From Blastocatellia bacterium (GTDB lineage Bacteria > Acidobacteriota > Blastocatellia > UBA7656), in NCBI GenBank assembly GCA_963765495.1, contig CAVXWP010000001.1, forward strand, positions 672,001 through 736,000: 64,000 bases of DNA, in the 5' to 3' direction. A program made the translations under genes and the position numbers. The notes under the pieces were generated by a model that made no database searches, was not told where the DNA came from, and worked only from the letters and a program-made list of their open reading frames with translations. Positions 50,921 through 62,900 of the stretch are shown piece by piece (position 1 is the first letter of the stretch; each line of letters opens with the position of its first letter).

Positions 50921-53023
50921 TTGCTGACCATTTCTAAAATACGCGAAAAGGTTCGAGGGCTTACGCCGTTTGAGGTCGGAGCAGAGGTGCTGCTTCGCGC
51001 CCGCAGGCGGACCGTCTGCACGATCAGCCGCCTCGCTGATCGCCCGGATACAAGCTACGTTACGGATGAGAAACTGCAAGCCTCGCTTGATGGCGAACCT
51101 GTAGACAGCGTGGCTGCGCACATACGCGAAGGCAACCGCCTGCACCTGACCGCAGGGCTTAATGATCTTGCGCGCACCGTGGAACTCATCAAACGACTCT
51201 TTCCCGATTCGGTTGATGACGCGAAGAGCGAAGCCGATCCGATTCTGGAACATCGAATCAGCGTCTTTAGCCGCGCCTTCGATTTCGGACCTCAGATAGA
51301 CTGGCACGCCGACCCGGCGACGGGCGCTCGATGGCCTTTCAATCACCATACTCGTGTGCCTTACAAGATAGGTCACGCGGCGGATGTGCGCGCGGTGTGG
51401 GAGCTTAATCGGCTCCAACACTTCACAACGCTTGGGCGCGCTTATTTGCTTACGGGCGATGAAAGCTACACCGAGGAATTTCTTATACAGCTTGCCTCGT
51501 GGTACGAAGAGAATCCGCCGAATTTCGGTGTGAACTGGATGGTCGCTATGGAAGCGGCGATCCGCGCGATCAATATCATCGCGGCGCTTGAGATGTTTCG
51601 CGCCTCCCCGAATATGACCGATCAGGCGATTGAGTTGATACTGAAGCTTTTGCTTGCCCACGCGCAATTCATTCGCTCGCACCTGGAATTTTCCTATCGC
51701 ACGTCGAGCAATCATTACCTGTCGAACCTCACAGGGCTTTTTGCGATAGGCATGGTTTTACCCTGTTTCAAAGAATCCGTAGGGTGGGTGAATTACAGCG
51801 CGCCCCGGTTGCTGAGCGAGATGGGTAAGCAGGTGACGTCCGACGGCGTTGATTATGAAGGAACGATTGGCTATCACCGGCTGGTGCTTGAGATGTTTCT
51901 GACCTTTTTCGCGATGAGCCGGGAAAGCAGGATCGAGTTGCCGGTCGAGTGCTGGGGGCGTCTGGAATCCATGTTCGACTTCGTTCGCCACTATTTGAAA
52001 CCGGATCAGACAGCGCCCGTGATCGGCGATTCGGATGACGGACGGCTCATTCGTTTCAAAGAGCGCCCGCCTGTTGACCACTCTTACCTGATGCCGATTG
52101 CGGCGGTCCTGTTTGAAAACGACATCTTCAAGCAATCGAATCGGATTGATGAAGAAGCCTTGTGGTGGTTTGGCGAAGCGGGCCACGATACGTTCGAGGG
52201 GCTTGAGATAAGTGAAATCGGCCCCGTCTCGCAAGCCTTCCCAAATTCGCAGATATACATTCAGCGCGAGGGACCGCTTTATGCCATCATAGATTGCGGC
52301 GATCACGGAGCGGGCGGGCGGGGGTCGCACGCGCATTCAGACGCACTCTCGTTTGAGGTCTACGCCTTCGACCGCACATTCCTGCGCGACCCCGGCACAT
52401 TTGTCTATAACGCGAGCGAGCGATGGCGCAATCGCTTCCGCTCGACCGCCTATCACAACACGGTGCAGGTAGACGGGCGCGACATAAGTCCGATTATGCC
52501 GGGTCATCTGTTCGCGCTTGGCCGCAATGTGCGCCCACAGGTCTATCGTTGGGAGAGCACCGATGAACAGGATGTGCTCGACGCGGCGCACTACGGCTAT
52601 ACGAGGCTCGACGAGCCGGTCACACATCGGCGCGTAATGACATTCGACAAAAGAGAAGGCTACTGGATAATCGAAGATTACTTTACTGGCAGCGGGACTC
52701 ATCAATTCGAATTCTTCTTCAACTTCGACTACGGGCTGGATGTGAATCTCGCGCCCGATCTTCGGATTACGGCAACGGGGGCGCGCGCGGCGATGGCCAT
52801 AATCCCGGCAAGCCAACACGGTTTCGAGGCGAAGTTTGCTACCCGCTGGGTATCGCTCAATTACGGGACGCGCGTCCGCGCTTCTGGTATCATATATCGT
52901 TTATACGCCGGGGTTCCTTTCGAGAATGTGACCTTGATCGTACCCTATAGACTCGGAGAAGAGGCAAGAGTCGAGCGGATAGCAGGGGCCAGGGGCCAGG
53001 GGCCAGGGGCCGGTAAGATTTGA
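50921..53023 (+). CDS. heparinase II/III-like (alginate lyase family) protein of polysaccharide loci
   Basis: WELNRLQH, SNHYLSN, DYEGTIGYH, HAHSDALSF, FRSTAYHNT. Confidence 0.85.
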   Translation: MLTISKIREKVRGLTPFEVGAEVLLRARRRTVCTISRLADRPDTSYVTDEKLQASLDGEPVDSVAAHIREGNRLHLTAGLNDLARTVELIKRLFPDSVDDAKSEADPILEHRISVFSRAFDFGPQIDWHADPATGARWPFNHHTRVPYKIGHAADVRAVWELNRLQHFTTLGRAYLLTGDESYTEEFLIQLASWYEENPPNFGVNWMVAMEAAIRAINIIAALEMFRASPNMTDQAIELILKLLLAHAQFIRSHLEFSYRTSSNHYLSNLTGLFAIGMVLPCFKESVGWVNYSAPRLLSEMGKQVTSDGVDYEGTIGYHRLVLEMFLTFFAMSRESRIELPVECWGRLESMFDFVRHYLKPDQTAPVIGDSDDGRLIRFKERPPVDHSYLMPIAAVLFENDIFKQSNRIDEEALWWFGEAGHDTFEGLEISEIGPVSQAFPNSQIYIQREGPLYAIIDCGDHGAGGRGSHAHSDALSFEVYAFDRTFLRDPGTFVYNASERWRNRFRSTAYHNTVQVDGRDISPIMPGHLFALGRNVRPQVYRWESTDEQDVLDAAHYGYTRLDEPVTHRRVMTFDKREGYWIIEDYFTGSGTHQFEFFFNFDYGLDVNLAPDLRITATGARAAMAIIPASQHGFEAKFATRWVSLNYGTRVRASGIIYRLYAGVPFENVTLIVPYRLGEEARVERIAGARGQGPGAGKI
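52984..53013. repeat. left heptamer array (AGGGGCC)x4
   Basis: aggggccaggggccaggggccaggggccgg. Confidence 0.85.
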
Positions 53024-53030
53024 GGCTGAT

Positions 53031-53432
53031 ATGTCGATTAAGAGCTTTAGAGACCTCAGAGTATGGCAGGCCGGAATGGATCTGGTGGAAGAAATTTATC
53101 GCTTGACGCAGGCTTTCCCTCAGAGAGAAATCTATGGTTTAACCAGCCAGATACAACGCGCGGCGGTTTCTACTTCCTCAAATATAGCCGAAGGTCATAC
53201 CAGAGAACACAGTCGTGAATATCTTCACCACCTGTCTATGGCTCAGGCATCTCTAGCCGAAGTAGAAACACAACTGGAGATTGCTGCCCGTCTGAATTAC
53301 ATCTCACAAGAGCAACCTCAAAAGCTTCTTGAAAAAGAGGGCTCTCTGGGCAGGCAGCTTTACTCTCTGCGAAACGCGCTGACAAAGAATCAAACCCCGG
53401 CCCCCGGCCCCCGGCCCCCGGCCCCCAGATAA
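53031..53432 (+). CDS. four-helix-bundle protein (23S rRNA IVP / Avd-like family)
   Basis: SFRDLRVWQ, FPQREIYGLTSQIQRAAVS, NIAEGH, SLAEVETQL. Confidence 0.9.
   Translation: MSIKSFRDLRVWQAGMDLVEEIYRLTQAFPQREIYGLTSQIQRAAVSTSSNIAEGHTREHSREYLHHLSMAQASLAEVETQLEIAARLNYISQEQPQKLLEKEGSLGRQLYSLRNALTKNQTPAPGPRPPAPR
53395..53426. repeat. right heptamer array (GGCCCCC)x4, inverted relative to 52984
   Basis: ccccggcccccggcccccggcccccggccccc. Confidence 0.85.
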
Positions 53433-53434
53433 GT

Positions 53435-55492
53435 ATGTGCGGTATTTGCGGCATCTATGAATATGGCGTGAGCGACCCGGGCGTAAGCGGGTCGCTAGTG
53501 GCTCGCATGCGCGACACGATGATTCATCGCGGGCCGGATGACAGGGGAGCCTATGTCAGCCAGGATCGCCGCGTTGGGCTCGGGAACCGCAGGCTTGCCA
53601 TCGTAGATTTGTCGCCAGCCGGGCATATGCCCATGCCAAATGAAGACGGGCGCATCTGGGTCACGCAAAACGGCGAGATTTATAATCACGAACTCTTCAG
53701 GCCCTTGCTCATCGAGCGGGGTCACGTCTATCGCTCGCGCTCTGATACGGAAACGATAATACACCTCTACGAAGAACACGGCCTCGATTTCGTCAACCAT
53801 CTGGAAGGCGATTATGCCATAGCGCTGTGGGATACGGGCGAGCGCCGGCTTGTCCTTGCGCGTGACCGCATAGGAGTAAAGCCGCTTTATTACACCATCG
53901 CGGGGGGCCGCCTGATCTTTGCATCCGAGATCAAGGCGATACTCGCGCACCCGTCCGTCACTCGCGACATTGATGAAGAGGCGCTTTATCATTACCTGAC
54001 TTTCCTGACCACACCTGCGCCGCTCACGCTGTTCCGGGGCATCAGGAAACTTCCCGCCGGATGCCTGCTCACCTGCGACGCGCGCGGCGATATTAAAATA
54101 ATTCGCTACTGGGACGCCGTGGTCACACAGGCGGAAAATGATCACGCGCAGGATGAAGAGGAGATCAAAGAGAGGCTCCTCGGGTTGCTTGAAGAATCAA
54201 TCGAAAAGCGCATGATGAGCGATGTCGCGTTTGGTGTGTTCCTTTCGGGCGGGATTGATTCGACCGCCAACGTAGCCCTGATGGACCGGCTGATGAGCCA
54301 GCCCGTCCGCACCTTTACTGTAGGGTTCCGCGACAACCCCGAATACAACGAACTAGAAGAGGCCCGCGCTGTGGCCCGGGAGTATAAGACCGATCATCAC
54401 GAAATCCTGATCAGTCAGCAGGATTTGTTCGACTTTTTACCCGATCTGATCTTTCATCAGGATGAGCCTCTGGCCGATCCCGTGTGCGTGCCGCTCTATT
54501 ATGTCTCGAAGCTGGCTCGCGAGTCGGGTACGACCGTCATACAGGTAGGCGAAGGCTCTGACGAATTGTTCTGCGGCTACCGCGATTACGCCGATTATCT
54601 TGACCTGCACGATAAGGTCTGGAATCGCCTGACGAGACTGCCCCGGCCCGCGCGCCGAATGATCGCCGCATCAGGGCAGGCGTTTTACAGGGTAGGAGCG
54701 GCGCGGATGCTCAACAAGGGGCGCAAGATGATTCCCGATCTTATGCGCCGACTCGTTGCCGGAGAAGAATTATTCTGGAGCGGCGCATTCGTCTTTGATG
54801 AGGTGAGCAAACATCAACTCTTTACGCCCGCAACGCTGCAAAGATTAAACTCAAGCAGCAATGGAGGGGCTTTTTCTTCCTACTCGGTAGTGCGAGAAAA
54901 CCTTGACCGCCTTCTTGCAGAAAAACCCCGTGCCGATCAGCTTGAGCGGATGATTTATATGGAGCTGAAGCTCAGGCTTTCGGAGCTTCTGTTGATGCGC
55001 GTAGACAAGATGACTATGGCGACATCGGTCGAGGCCCGCGTGCCTTTTCTCGATCACAGGCTTGTCGAGTTTGCCATGACGATCCCTCGTGATCTGAAAT
55101 ATCATAACGGCCAGACGAAATACATACTCAAGGAGGCGCTCAAAGGCGTAATACCCGACAGCGTTTTGAACCGTAAAAAACAGGGCTTTGGCACTCCCAT
55201 ACACGAATGGATGTTTGACCGGCTGGGCGGATTTATCGAAGACTCTCTATTCAATTCCGGGCTTCGCCGCCGCGAGTTTTTCGACTACGATTACATAAGC
55301 CGACTCCTGAGCATTCAACGCGCAGGCCCCGTCAACTACTCGTTTTACCTCTGGAGCCTGCTGAACCTGAGCCTCTGGTATGACCGATGGATCGAAGGAC
55401 CGGCGGCAGTAGAAAGCGACGCGGGGGATCGCGGAGACGCGGAGATAAACGATCTTAACCAGCCACAGACTGTCACTACTACAGGTTCCTGA
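53435..55492 (+). CDS. asnB: asparagine synthase (glutamine-hydrolysing) family amidotransferase, likely polysaccharide-modifying
   Basis: MCGICG, HRGPD, NGEIYN, LSGGIDS, GEGSDE, EARVPFLD. Confidence 0.92.
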   Translation: MCGICGIYEYGVSDPGVSGSLVARMRDTMIHRGPDDRGAYVSQDRRVGLGNRRLAIVDLSPAGHMPMPNEDGRIWVTQNGEIYNHELFRPLLIERGHVYRSRSDTETIIHLYEEHGLDFVNHLEGDYAIALWDTGERRLVLARDRIGVKPLYYTIAGGRLIFASEIKAILAHPSVTRDIDEEALYHYLTFLTTPAPLTLFRGIRKLPAGCLLTCDARGDIKIIRYWDAVVTQAENDHAQDEEEIKERLLGLLEESIEKRMMSDVAFGVFLSGGIDSTANVALMDRLMSQPVRTFTVGFRDNPEYNELEEARAVAREYKTDHHEILISQQDLFDFLPDLIFHQDEPLADPVCVPLYYVSKLARESGTTVIQVGEGSDELFCGYRDYADYLDLHDKVWNRLTRLPRPARRMIAASGQAFYRVGAARMLNKGRKMIPDLMRRLVAGEELFWSGAFVFDEVSKHQLFTPATLQRLNSSSNGGAFSSYSVVRENLDRLLAEKPRADQLERMIYMELKLRLSELLLMRVDKMTMATSVEARVPFLDHRLVEFAMTIPRDLKYHNGQTKYILKEALKGVIPDSVLNRKKQGFGTPIHEWMFDRLGGFIEDSLFNSGLRRREFFDYDYISRLLSIQRAGPVNYSFYLWSLLNLSLWYDRWIEGPAAVESDAGDRGDAEINDLNQPQTVTTTGS

Positions 55493-55517
55493 GCCTCGAT
55501 TTTTCCGCCATTTATAA

Positions 55518-56909
55518 ATGTCTACCGAATCGAAAACAACAGATCAACTTGCCGAATCAGACGCAGCCGACAAGCGGGAGAATGACAAGCGGGAGAATGA
55601 CAAGCGGGAGAGCAATGCAGATTCCGTCTCCGCGTCATCTTCCCTTGTCTCTCTCTTACGCGCTCAAATAGGAGAAACGCCGCGCCAGGCCGGGATGCTC
55701 TTTTCGGCTCAAATGCTTTCGACCATCACGGGTCTGCTTGCGAGCATAGTGCTAGGGCGGGCGATGGAGCCGTCCGAGTTAGGAAAGTTTGCCTTCTGTC
55801 AGGGATTCGTAGTCATTGCCAGTCTCTTTTTCGATCTGGGAATATTTCCTGCCGGGGCACGAGTGCTTGCGCTTGCCCGAAATAAAGCGAGCGAGCAAAG
55901 GGCGCTCGGCGCGCTTGTGCTTATGGCCGTCGTAATCGGGGCCGTCTTTTCGCTCTTCATCGCAGGCGCGTCGATTCCAGTCGATCTGATCTTTAAGCAG
56001 AATGTTCGATGGGTGTTCACGGCTACGGCGGTGCTCGCCTTCTTCCTGCCGTTTCAATTGTTGATCGAGCAGAGTTGTCAGGGGTTGAATCAAATTCGCA
56101 GATTGTCTCTGTTCCAGCTTTCGATGACCGGCGCGAACCTGTTGATACTGGTCGGGCTTGCTCTGGCGCACAGCTTGAGCGCAGGATCGGCTCTGGCGGC
56201 CTATTTGACGGGCATCGGGCTGGCTTCGATGTGGACGCTTGCGCGCTTGCGTCCCAGTTTCCGCGACACGTCGCATTATGTCAGGCTCACGCTCAAAGAG
56301 GTGCGCGGCTACGGGTTGAACCTCTATTTCGCGCGGATAACCGGGACGGCGATGACGCGATTCGATGCAATAGTCATCACGTATTTTCTGGGGCGCGCAT
56401 CGGCAGGCCTCGCGCCGCTTGGGCTTTATGCGATAGCGCAAAAGCTTGGCAATCCAATAACCACGATGTCGCGGTCGCTTGCCATCACACGGTTTCGAGC
56501 CTTTACCAGACTCGCCCGCGTGCCTCGAAGGATCACTCGATGGAACGCGACAGTTCTTGTGGCGGCATCGGTGGCGCTCGTCGTTCTGGGGCCGTTTGCC
56601 ATCAACATAGTCTTTCCGAAATATGCCGGAGCGATTCCGCTGCTCGTGCCCTTTGCCCTGTACAACCTCTTTTCAGGTCTCTTCCAGCCTTACAACATGT
56701 TTTTATCTTCCCACGGACGCGGGGCCGAGCTAAGAAACATAGCTCTGATAATCACGATAGCCGGTCTGAGCGGGATGCTCCTGGCGGTTCCTCGATTTGG
56801 AGTGGCGGGCGCGGCGTGGACGGGCGCAGCCTCCATGCTGCTGGATTACCTGCTTCACTTTTATTACTACCAGAGATTCAGGCGCACGCTCGACTCAAAT
56901 AGAGAGTGA
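55518..56909 (+). CDS. Wzx-like oligosaccharide flippase
   Basis: About 12 hydrophobic segments, LGLYAIA motif, polysaccharide-locus context. The N-terminus contains a 15-bp tandem repeat (DKREN x3). Confidence 0.78.
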   Translation: MSTESKTTDQLAESDAADKRENDKRENDKRESNADSVSASSSLVSLLRAQIGETPRQAGMLFSAQMLSTITGLLASIVLGRAMEPSELGKFAFCQGFVVIASLFFDLGIFPAGARVLALARNKASEQRALGALVLMAVVIGAVFSLFIAGASIPVDLIFKQNVRWVFTATAVLAFFLPFQLLIEQSCQGLNQIRRLSLFQLSMTGANLLILVGLALAHSLSAGSALAAYLTGIGLASMWTLARLRPSFRDTSHYVRLTLKEVRGYGLNLYFARITGTAMTRFDAIVITYFLGRASAGLAPLGLYAIAQKLGNPITTMSRSLAITRFRAFTRLARVPRRITRWNATVLVAASVALVVLGPFAINIVFPKYAGAIPLLVPFALYNLFSGLFQPYNMFLSSHGRGAELRNIALIITIAGLSGMLLAVPRFGVAGAAWTGAASMLLDYLLHFYYYQRFRRTLDSNRE

Positions 56910-56994
56910 TGCGTGAAGCGTGATTCGTGACTTTCAGGCCATCACCTTTTGATAGGTTCATGGCTGACTTCACGAATCACGCTTCACGCTTCAC
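56907..56994. repeat. inverted heptamer arrays (GCGTGAW / WTCACGC)
   Basis: tgatgcgtgaagcgtgattcgtga ... tcacgaatcacgcttcacgcttcac between convergent genes. Confidence 0.8.
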
Positions 56995-59900
56995 TCCACG
57001 ACAACTCGGTCAGTCGCGCCGCGCCCAAAGGTCTCCGGGTGGTACATCTCTTCTGCTTTTGGCGGCGGTACTATGAAGTTACCGGGAGTGGTGGCGCGGG
57101 TTACATACGAATAGTTGTGAACACCCTCCCATAACAAAGAGGCAAAGGCTTCCACCCTTTCATCGCGCATGTTCTGATGCTCGAACCACGTACGCGACCA
57201 CCACCATCTGCCTTTGCTCGATTCATCCTTCGGGTCTTGAGGAATGCTGCCGGTCGTGGCAAGCGAAGGGTTCAACGGTTCAAGACCGGCGGGCAGAGGG
57301 TCTGTGAGCGCCACGTGATAGCGCCGGGCCGGGGTCATCATGGTCAATCGCACTCGCACCTTCGCGCCTGCCCTTATATGCCACACGCCGCTTGAATCTC
57401 TGGTTACATCACCGGCATCATCTACGGCTTCGTATGTTCGTTCGACTGTGAAACCGTAATCGGCGGCGGCAAGCATCAGGCTCTCAGGCGCATATCTGAT
57501 TCCAACGCGATAATAAAGGCGACCCGGCCCTTCTTTGTTGAGGATAAGGTTTTGCGCGTCGTTGCTTTCCGTCAGATAGCGCATCGGTATCTCTAAATGA
57601 AATCGCTCGGTGGTGCGGCCTCTGAATTCATGGTCTCCTGCCAGTCGGTCTCCAAGCCAGGCCCGCGCCACAAAATCGGGCGTGACTTTCTCGTAGGCAG
57701 CAAAATACTTGTCGAGTGCAAGCAATATGAAGGCATTCTCTTGAGTGTTCTCCCATCGCCCTTTTGTGCGATGCGCGAGCAGTCCGCGAACGATCTTTGG
57801 GATAAGGTCGTTTGCAGGCTGATCACCTATGAGTGCTTCAAGAATGATGCCGTCGGCGCGGCGCGAAGAGTGCAACAGCAAATACCCTCCGTCGCTGTAA
57901 GAGGTGGTGAAGTGCGCTGTCCCGGCTGTTTCTTCGGCGCGATTGTTGAGGTGTTTGCGAATGGCTGCGACTTCCGCGCTTGAGGCCGCATCGCCGGAAA
58001 GAACAGGCAAGAGCCACCCAACGGCTTCAAGCGAGAGCTTGTCTAATCCGGCCTCGGCGATCAGTCGGCGTGCTCTGGCCGCGTCTCGATCACCCATGCG
58101 ATTGCGCGTGTAGAGGGCATATGCCGTGAGCGTCCTTCTCGTTTCCGGCCCATAGTAGTCGGGCAGACGATTTTCGATTTCGCGCAGATAGCTCTTCGAT
58201 TTTTCGAGCATTGAGGGCGGCACCTCAAAGCCTTTTTCTTTGGCTCGCTCAAGCGCGTGCGCTACGTGGATGCTCACGTAAGGCCACGAAGGGTCGCCGC
58301 GTTTCCAGAATGGAAAACCTCCATCGTCGTTTTGAAGGGCTTCGAGCCGTTTTATGTCGCGCGCTACCGCGCTCACCATCTCTTTTGGCGCGGGCAATCC
58401 TCTGGCCTCGAATGCCGTCAGCACATCTTTGAGCGCGGCTACGGCCAGCACGCGAGATGAAAGCTGCTCGGAGCATTCGAACGGATAGGCCGTAAGATAA
58501 AGCACCGCGTCGGTCAATGCCCGAAGCTGAGTCGATGAGGTAGTGACTTCAAGCCCGCCAAACTGATTGACCACACCCGAAGGCGCTTTTACGGGTTGAA
58601 AGACCGCGCCGCGATCAATCTCTCCATAGGTCGCGAATGCCTCGGTCGTAGCGGGAGTCCACACGGGCAGTTCAACCTCCGCCGCGTCGGCCCATCGCCC
58701 CGATGCGGCTGCGATTTGAAAACGTGCCGTGCCCGGGGATGCGGTAGTTGCCGGAAAGCGAACCTCAAGGCGATCATTGGCCGGAACCCTTACGCGGCGG
58801 CCTGCGCCTTCGATAAGCGAGGCATTTGTGGCGCGAACCGCCACTTCTACATCCATAGGCGTATCGGTTTGATTTTGAATTGCGACGGGAAGCTCGAAAC
58901 GGTCGCCGAAGTTGAGAAAGCGAGGCGCAGACGGGCGGGCCATCAAGGGCAGACGCGCGGTGATTGCCGATTCGCCCTGACCGAAATACTTTTCACCCGA
59001 TACGGCAACGGCCATCACTCGATACCGTGTCAGGTTGTCGGGAAGCTTGACCTTTACGCTTGCGCGCCCCAATGCATCGGTAGGCACCGTGGCTGCGAAT
59101 GTCGCGAGCGCGTTGAAATCTGCCCGGACGCGAATCTGAGCGGGCTGGACGGAGGCCGCCGCCGGTGCTTTCATCTCCATTGCGACTGCCATCTGGGGAG
59201 AATAGGACCTCCCGCCGCCGCCGCCGCGCTCCAAATCAAAAGCCCCGGCAAAGACTCCTTCGGATGAATTGTTATTGCTCTTGCCGATCAGGGTGGCGGC
59301 GCTTGCCAGCAAAACATCTTTGCGCATTTGATAAGTGTTCGCTCCGGGCGGATGTTTGGGATAAAAGGCCGCTACCGGGTCGGCAAGATGATAATCCGTC
59401 AGGGCCAGGATGGCTTCGTCCACCACCACGACGGCAAGTTCGCCGCCGCTTACGGGCGCGCCGGATGCGTCTTTCAACTCGACATCCACTACGGTTTCGC
59501 CGCCCGGCTCAAGCGCTTTATCGCGTGGCGTTGCTGTAACGGCCAGCGTTCGCTCTAAAGGCGGGATTGAAAGATTCAGGTCCCCGGCGGCAAATGCGGG
59601 TCGCTTCGGCAGGTTGTCGAGCGGCCTGCCTTCATCGTCGGTTCGAACGGTTTCGCCTACGATGTCAACCCAGACATAGAGGTTGGGTACGTACTCATCT
59701 GTGATAGGAATTTTCAGCGTATAAGAAGGCCCATCCATGGTGAAGCGTTCGGAAGAGACTATACCCGACCGCCTCAAAGTCATGACGCCCTCGGCGGGGT
59801 AGAAGGGAGCCTGAACCAGAATCTCGGCAGTGTCGCCGCTTTTATACTCTTTGCGATCAGGAATCAACTCGATTCTCTCTTCCGCGACATCGCGTTTCGG

Positions 59901-62900
59901 AGGCAGTTTACCGCCCGCTACCCAGAGCGAAAGCTCGCTTTCGTTCGCTCGCTCGCGGTCATCCCGAACGGTTGCGGTCACGCGATATCTGCCGCCCGCT
60001 TTTGTTTCAAAGGTGCATTGAACCGGGGCGTTCGCGGATGTGATCGAGCACTCTTGCGCATCGACTTCCTTTTCGTGCCACTCGCCGTTTTCATACGTCC
60101 AGTCAAGCTGAACCGCCCGCATTTGAATCGCGCGGCCCGGTACGAGATTGCCGTCCAGATCGGTGGCTATTGCCTGAATGATAAGAGGCTCGCCTTTTTG
60201 AACAAAGGTGCGGGCGCTCTTGATTCCTACATAGAGGTCAGCCGGGTGCACAAGCATAGTGGAAGAGGCTGACCACGTTTGCCGGTTTACATCCGTCACC
60301 CTTGCCTCGGCCGTGACGGTCGAAGGGAGCGCAGGATTGACCGAATCGAAATCTATTCTCAAATTATGTTTGCCCGTAGCGTCGGTCTTTGCAGCAAACG
60401 CCTCGATGTGGTGGTTGCTGTCTGCCGGCCTGTCAAACCACCAGGGAGCCCATTTGCCAAATGTGAAATCGCCGCGATTGGGCGGGATGTATTGAGTGGT
60501 GGCAGAGGTTACCAGCCATTCGACATCCGCATCTGGAAGGCCCCCGCCCGCGTAATAGGCCGCCTTCACCGTAACCTGCGCGTTACCGCCTACGAAGTAA
60601 GGGCCTTCACTTGCGGATGTCGTGACCTCGTATTCCGGCCTGCGAAATTCCTGCACCTGAAAGGCATAAGGAAACACGCCCCCCCTGCCCGAAACGTTGA
60701 CGCCTTCGGCCTCAAACAATATGTACGCGTAGCCGAGATTCATCGTCTTCGGAAGCTTGAATGATGTGTCGAACCCGTCGAGCGCATTGAGCGAGAGCGT
60801 GCCCTTCAGTAATTCATTCTCTCTGGAATCCTTCAGCGTGTAGGTGATTTTCTTCGATACGTTGCGAAGCAATCCGACCTCTTCGGTTTTGCTTTCGACC
60901 ATTCGCCGAATCCATCCTTTTATGTGGACCTCTTCGCCCGGGCGATACACTCCGCGATCACTAAAGACATACCAGAGGCGCGAATCCGCAGGCTCTTTCC
61001 TGTACCACTCCCAATCATTGCCCGCCCAGTAGGCGCGCTCAGGCAGGATAGCCAAATCCTCCCCCTTGCGCGCAATCAGCAAATCCGGCCCCGGCCCCTT
61101 CTGAGCCTTCAGCGCCAGACGGGCCATTCCATCCACCCCCGTGCTTACGGCCGATGATTCGCCCGCGTTTTGAGTAAACACCTGAACCCCGTCAATCGGC
61201 TTGCCGTCTTTTAGTGACGTAGCCCACGCACGCAGATCGGTATCGTCAGAGAAGGCAGTCAGACCGATGCGCGTCGCCTGAACCCATGCGGTAACAGATA
61301 TTTGGCCTCGACCCGGCTGACCTTCGACAGGCTCTACGACAACGATCACCTGCCCAAGCCCGTCTTTGAGCGCGGGGCTAAGGTCTATGGGCGTCTCGAC
61401 CATCTCGTCGGGTTTTGCCTCAACGGCAATATCTTTGGTCAAGATGAGGCGGCCCGGCATCGAAATGGCATTGCGGCCACGCAGGTTGTATAGATTAGTT
61501 GTAAACTGCTGCCAGTGCTCGGGGCCTACGGCGTAGAGGTGAACCTGAAAGCTCTTATAATTCACAGTGAAGACCGAGTAGCGAGGCGGGCCGTTTGGAT
61601 CGAGGATCACAAAACTCTGTTTGGCCGATGTGAGCCGGGGATAAGCCGACTGCACATCTAAGGAGATCGTTTTGTCTTCTTCCAGAGTCTGGCCGAACAG
61701 GTCACCTATCGCTCGATCCAGCGTCACTTTGTATGTAGTTTGCCCGCGAGTGAGCCCCCTGATAAACAGGGTATTGCCGTAAACCTGGGACTTCATCCCG
61801 GGCAACTCAGGCTCTACGCGAACCTGGGATTGCTGAAAGGCTTCCGTGTCGAGCGGATTGCTGAAGTTGATCGAAAACGGCATGAGAGGACGGCATTCTC
61901 CGCTGTTTCCGCAACTCTGACGAACGACATAGAACGGCCCGTAAGTATGAAATGTAAACTCCTGCGCCTTATCGGTCTTGCGCGGCCCTTCGGCAGAAGG
62001 CGTGTCCGGCCCTATCGTGACCGTTATATCTGAATCGGCAGGCAAAGGAGTCTTGGAGTCTGAGCCAGCCGGAGCGACCACGCGAAACGCCAGCCAGCGA
62101 TCTTTTTCCGCCGCATCGACAAGTTCGCTTACTCTCTCGTTGGATTTGATCTCTTCCGGTGTAGCAAGGCGAACTCTGTAGCTGCCTGCCTCGGAGCGAA
62201 TACGAATTGTCTCTACAACCGAGGCGGGATCGATTCGTTGATCGAAACTTGCGAACATCACAGGGTTGCGAACGAATGGAGAGCCGCTCGGATACGCGGT
62301 ACGGAGTTGAGGCGGCGGCGTTTGGAATTTCCAGTTTACCGGAGACGCAAGAACGGCTCCTGTAGCCGATTTCACGCCCGCAGGAATTTCCGCCTCATAC
62401 TCGGTAGCCATAGGGAAACGGTCTGTCGGTTCGAAGAGCAATGTCTTTGTGCCAATCCAGCGCCATCTGCCGGGCGGCGTGGGCGTAAGCCTTACCGGGA
62501 CATCACGCGTGGAAAGTTCATCCTGTGATGTCACCTCTACCATGGGGCGAGAAAAGGTTACACTCAAATGCGGGGCGAGCGGCAGATCGCCTTCGGGCGC
62601 AAACCGCGCCACCTCAAGCGGCCCCGCTGTTTCCAGGTCGGGTTGAGGTGAGGATTCGGACGGCGGGAACGAGGCTAAAACCACACTCCCGGCTTTGCGG
62701 AGGCGGAAGCGAACGATCTCGAAAAGCGAAATCCTGCCGGTCGCCTGTTTCTGTCTTGATGACAGGCACGCGCTTCAGCAGCGACTCGACTTCATCCTCG
62801 GCCAGTGGCACGGCCTGAGAAAGAGGCGCAGCAGGCGGCCGGGTTGATTCTTCTTCACCTTTGCTCAATCGGAATTGCAATCCTTTTCTCATAGTCTCTT

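Noticed and set aside
53031-53432. Diversity-generating retroelement suggested by the Avd-like protein
   Set aside because: No reverse transcriptase and no template/variable repeat pair were seen in the window.
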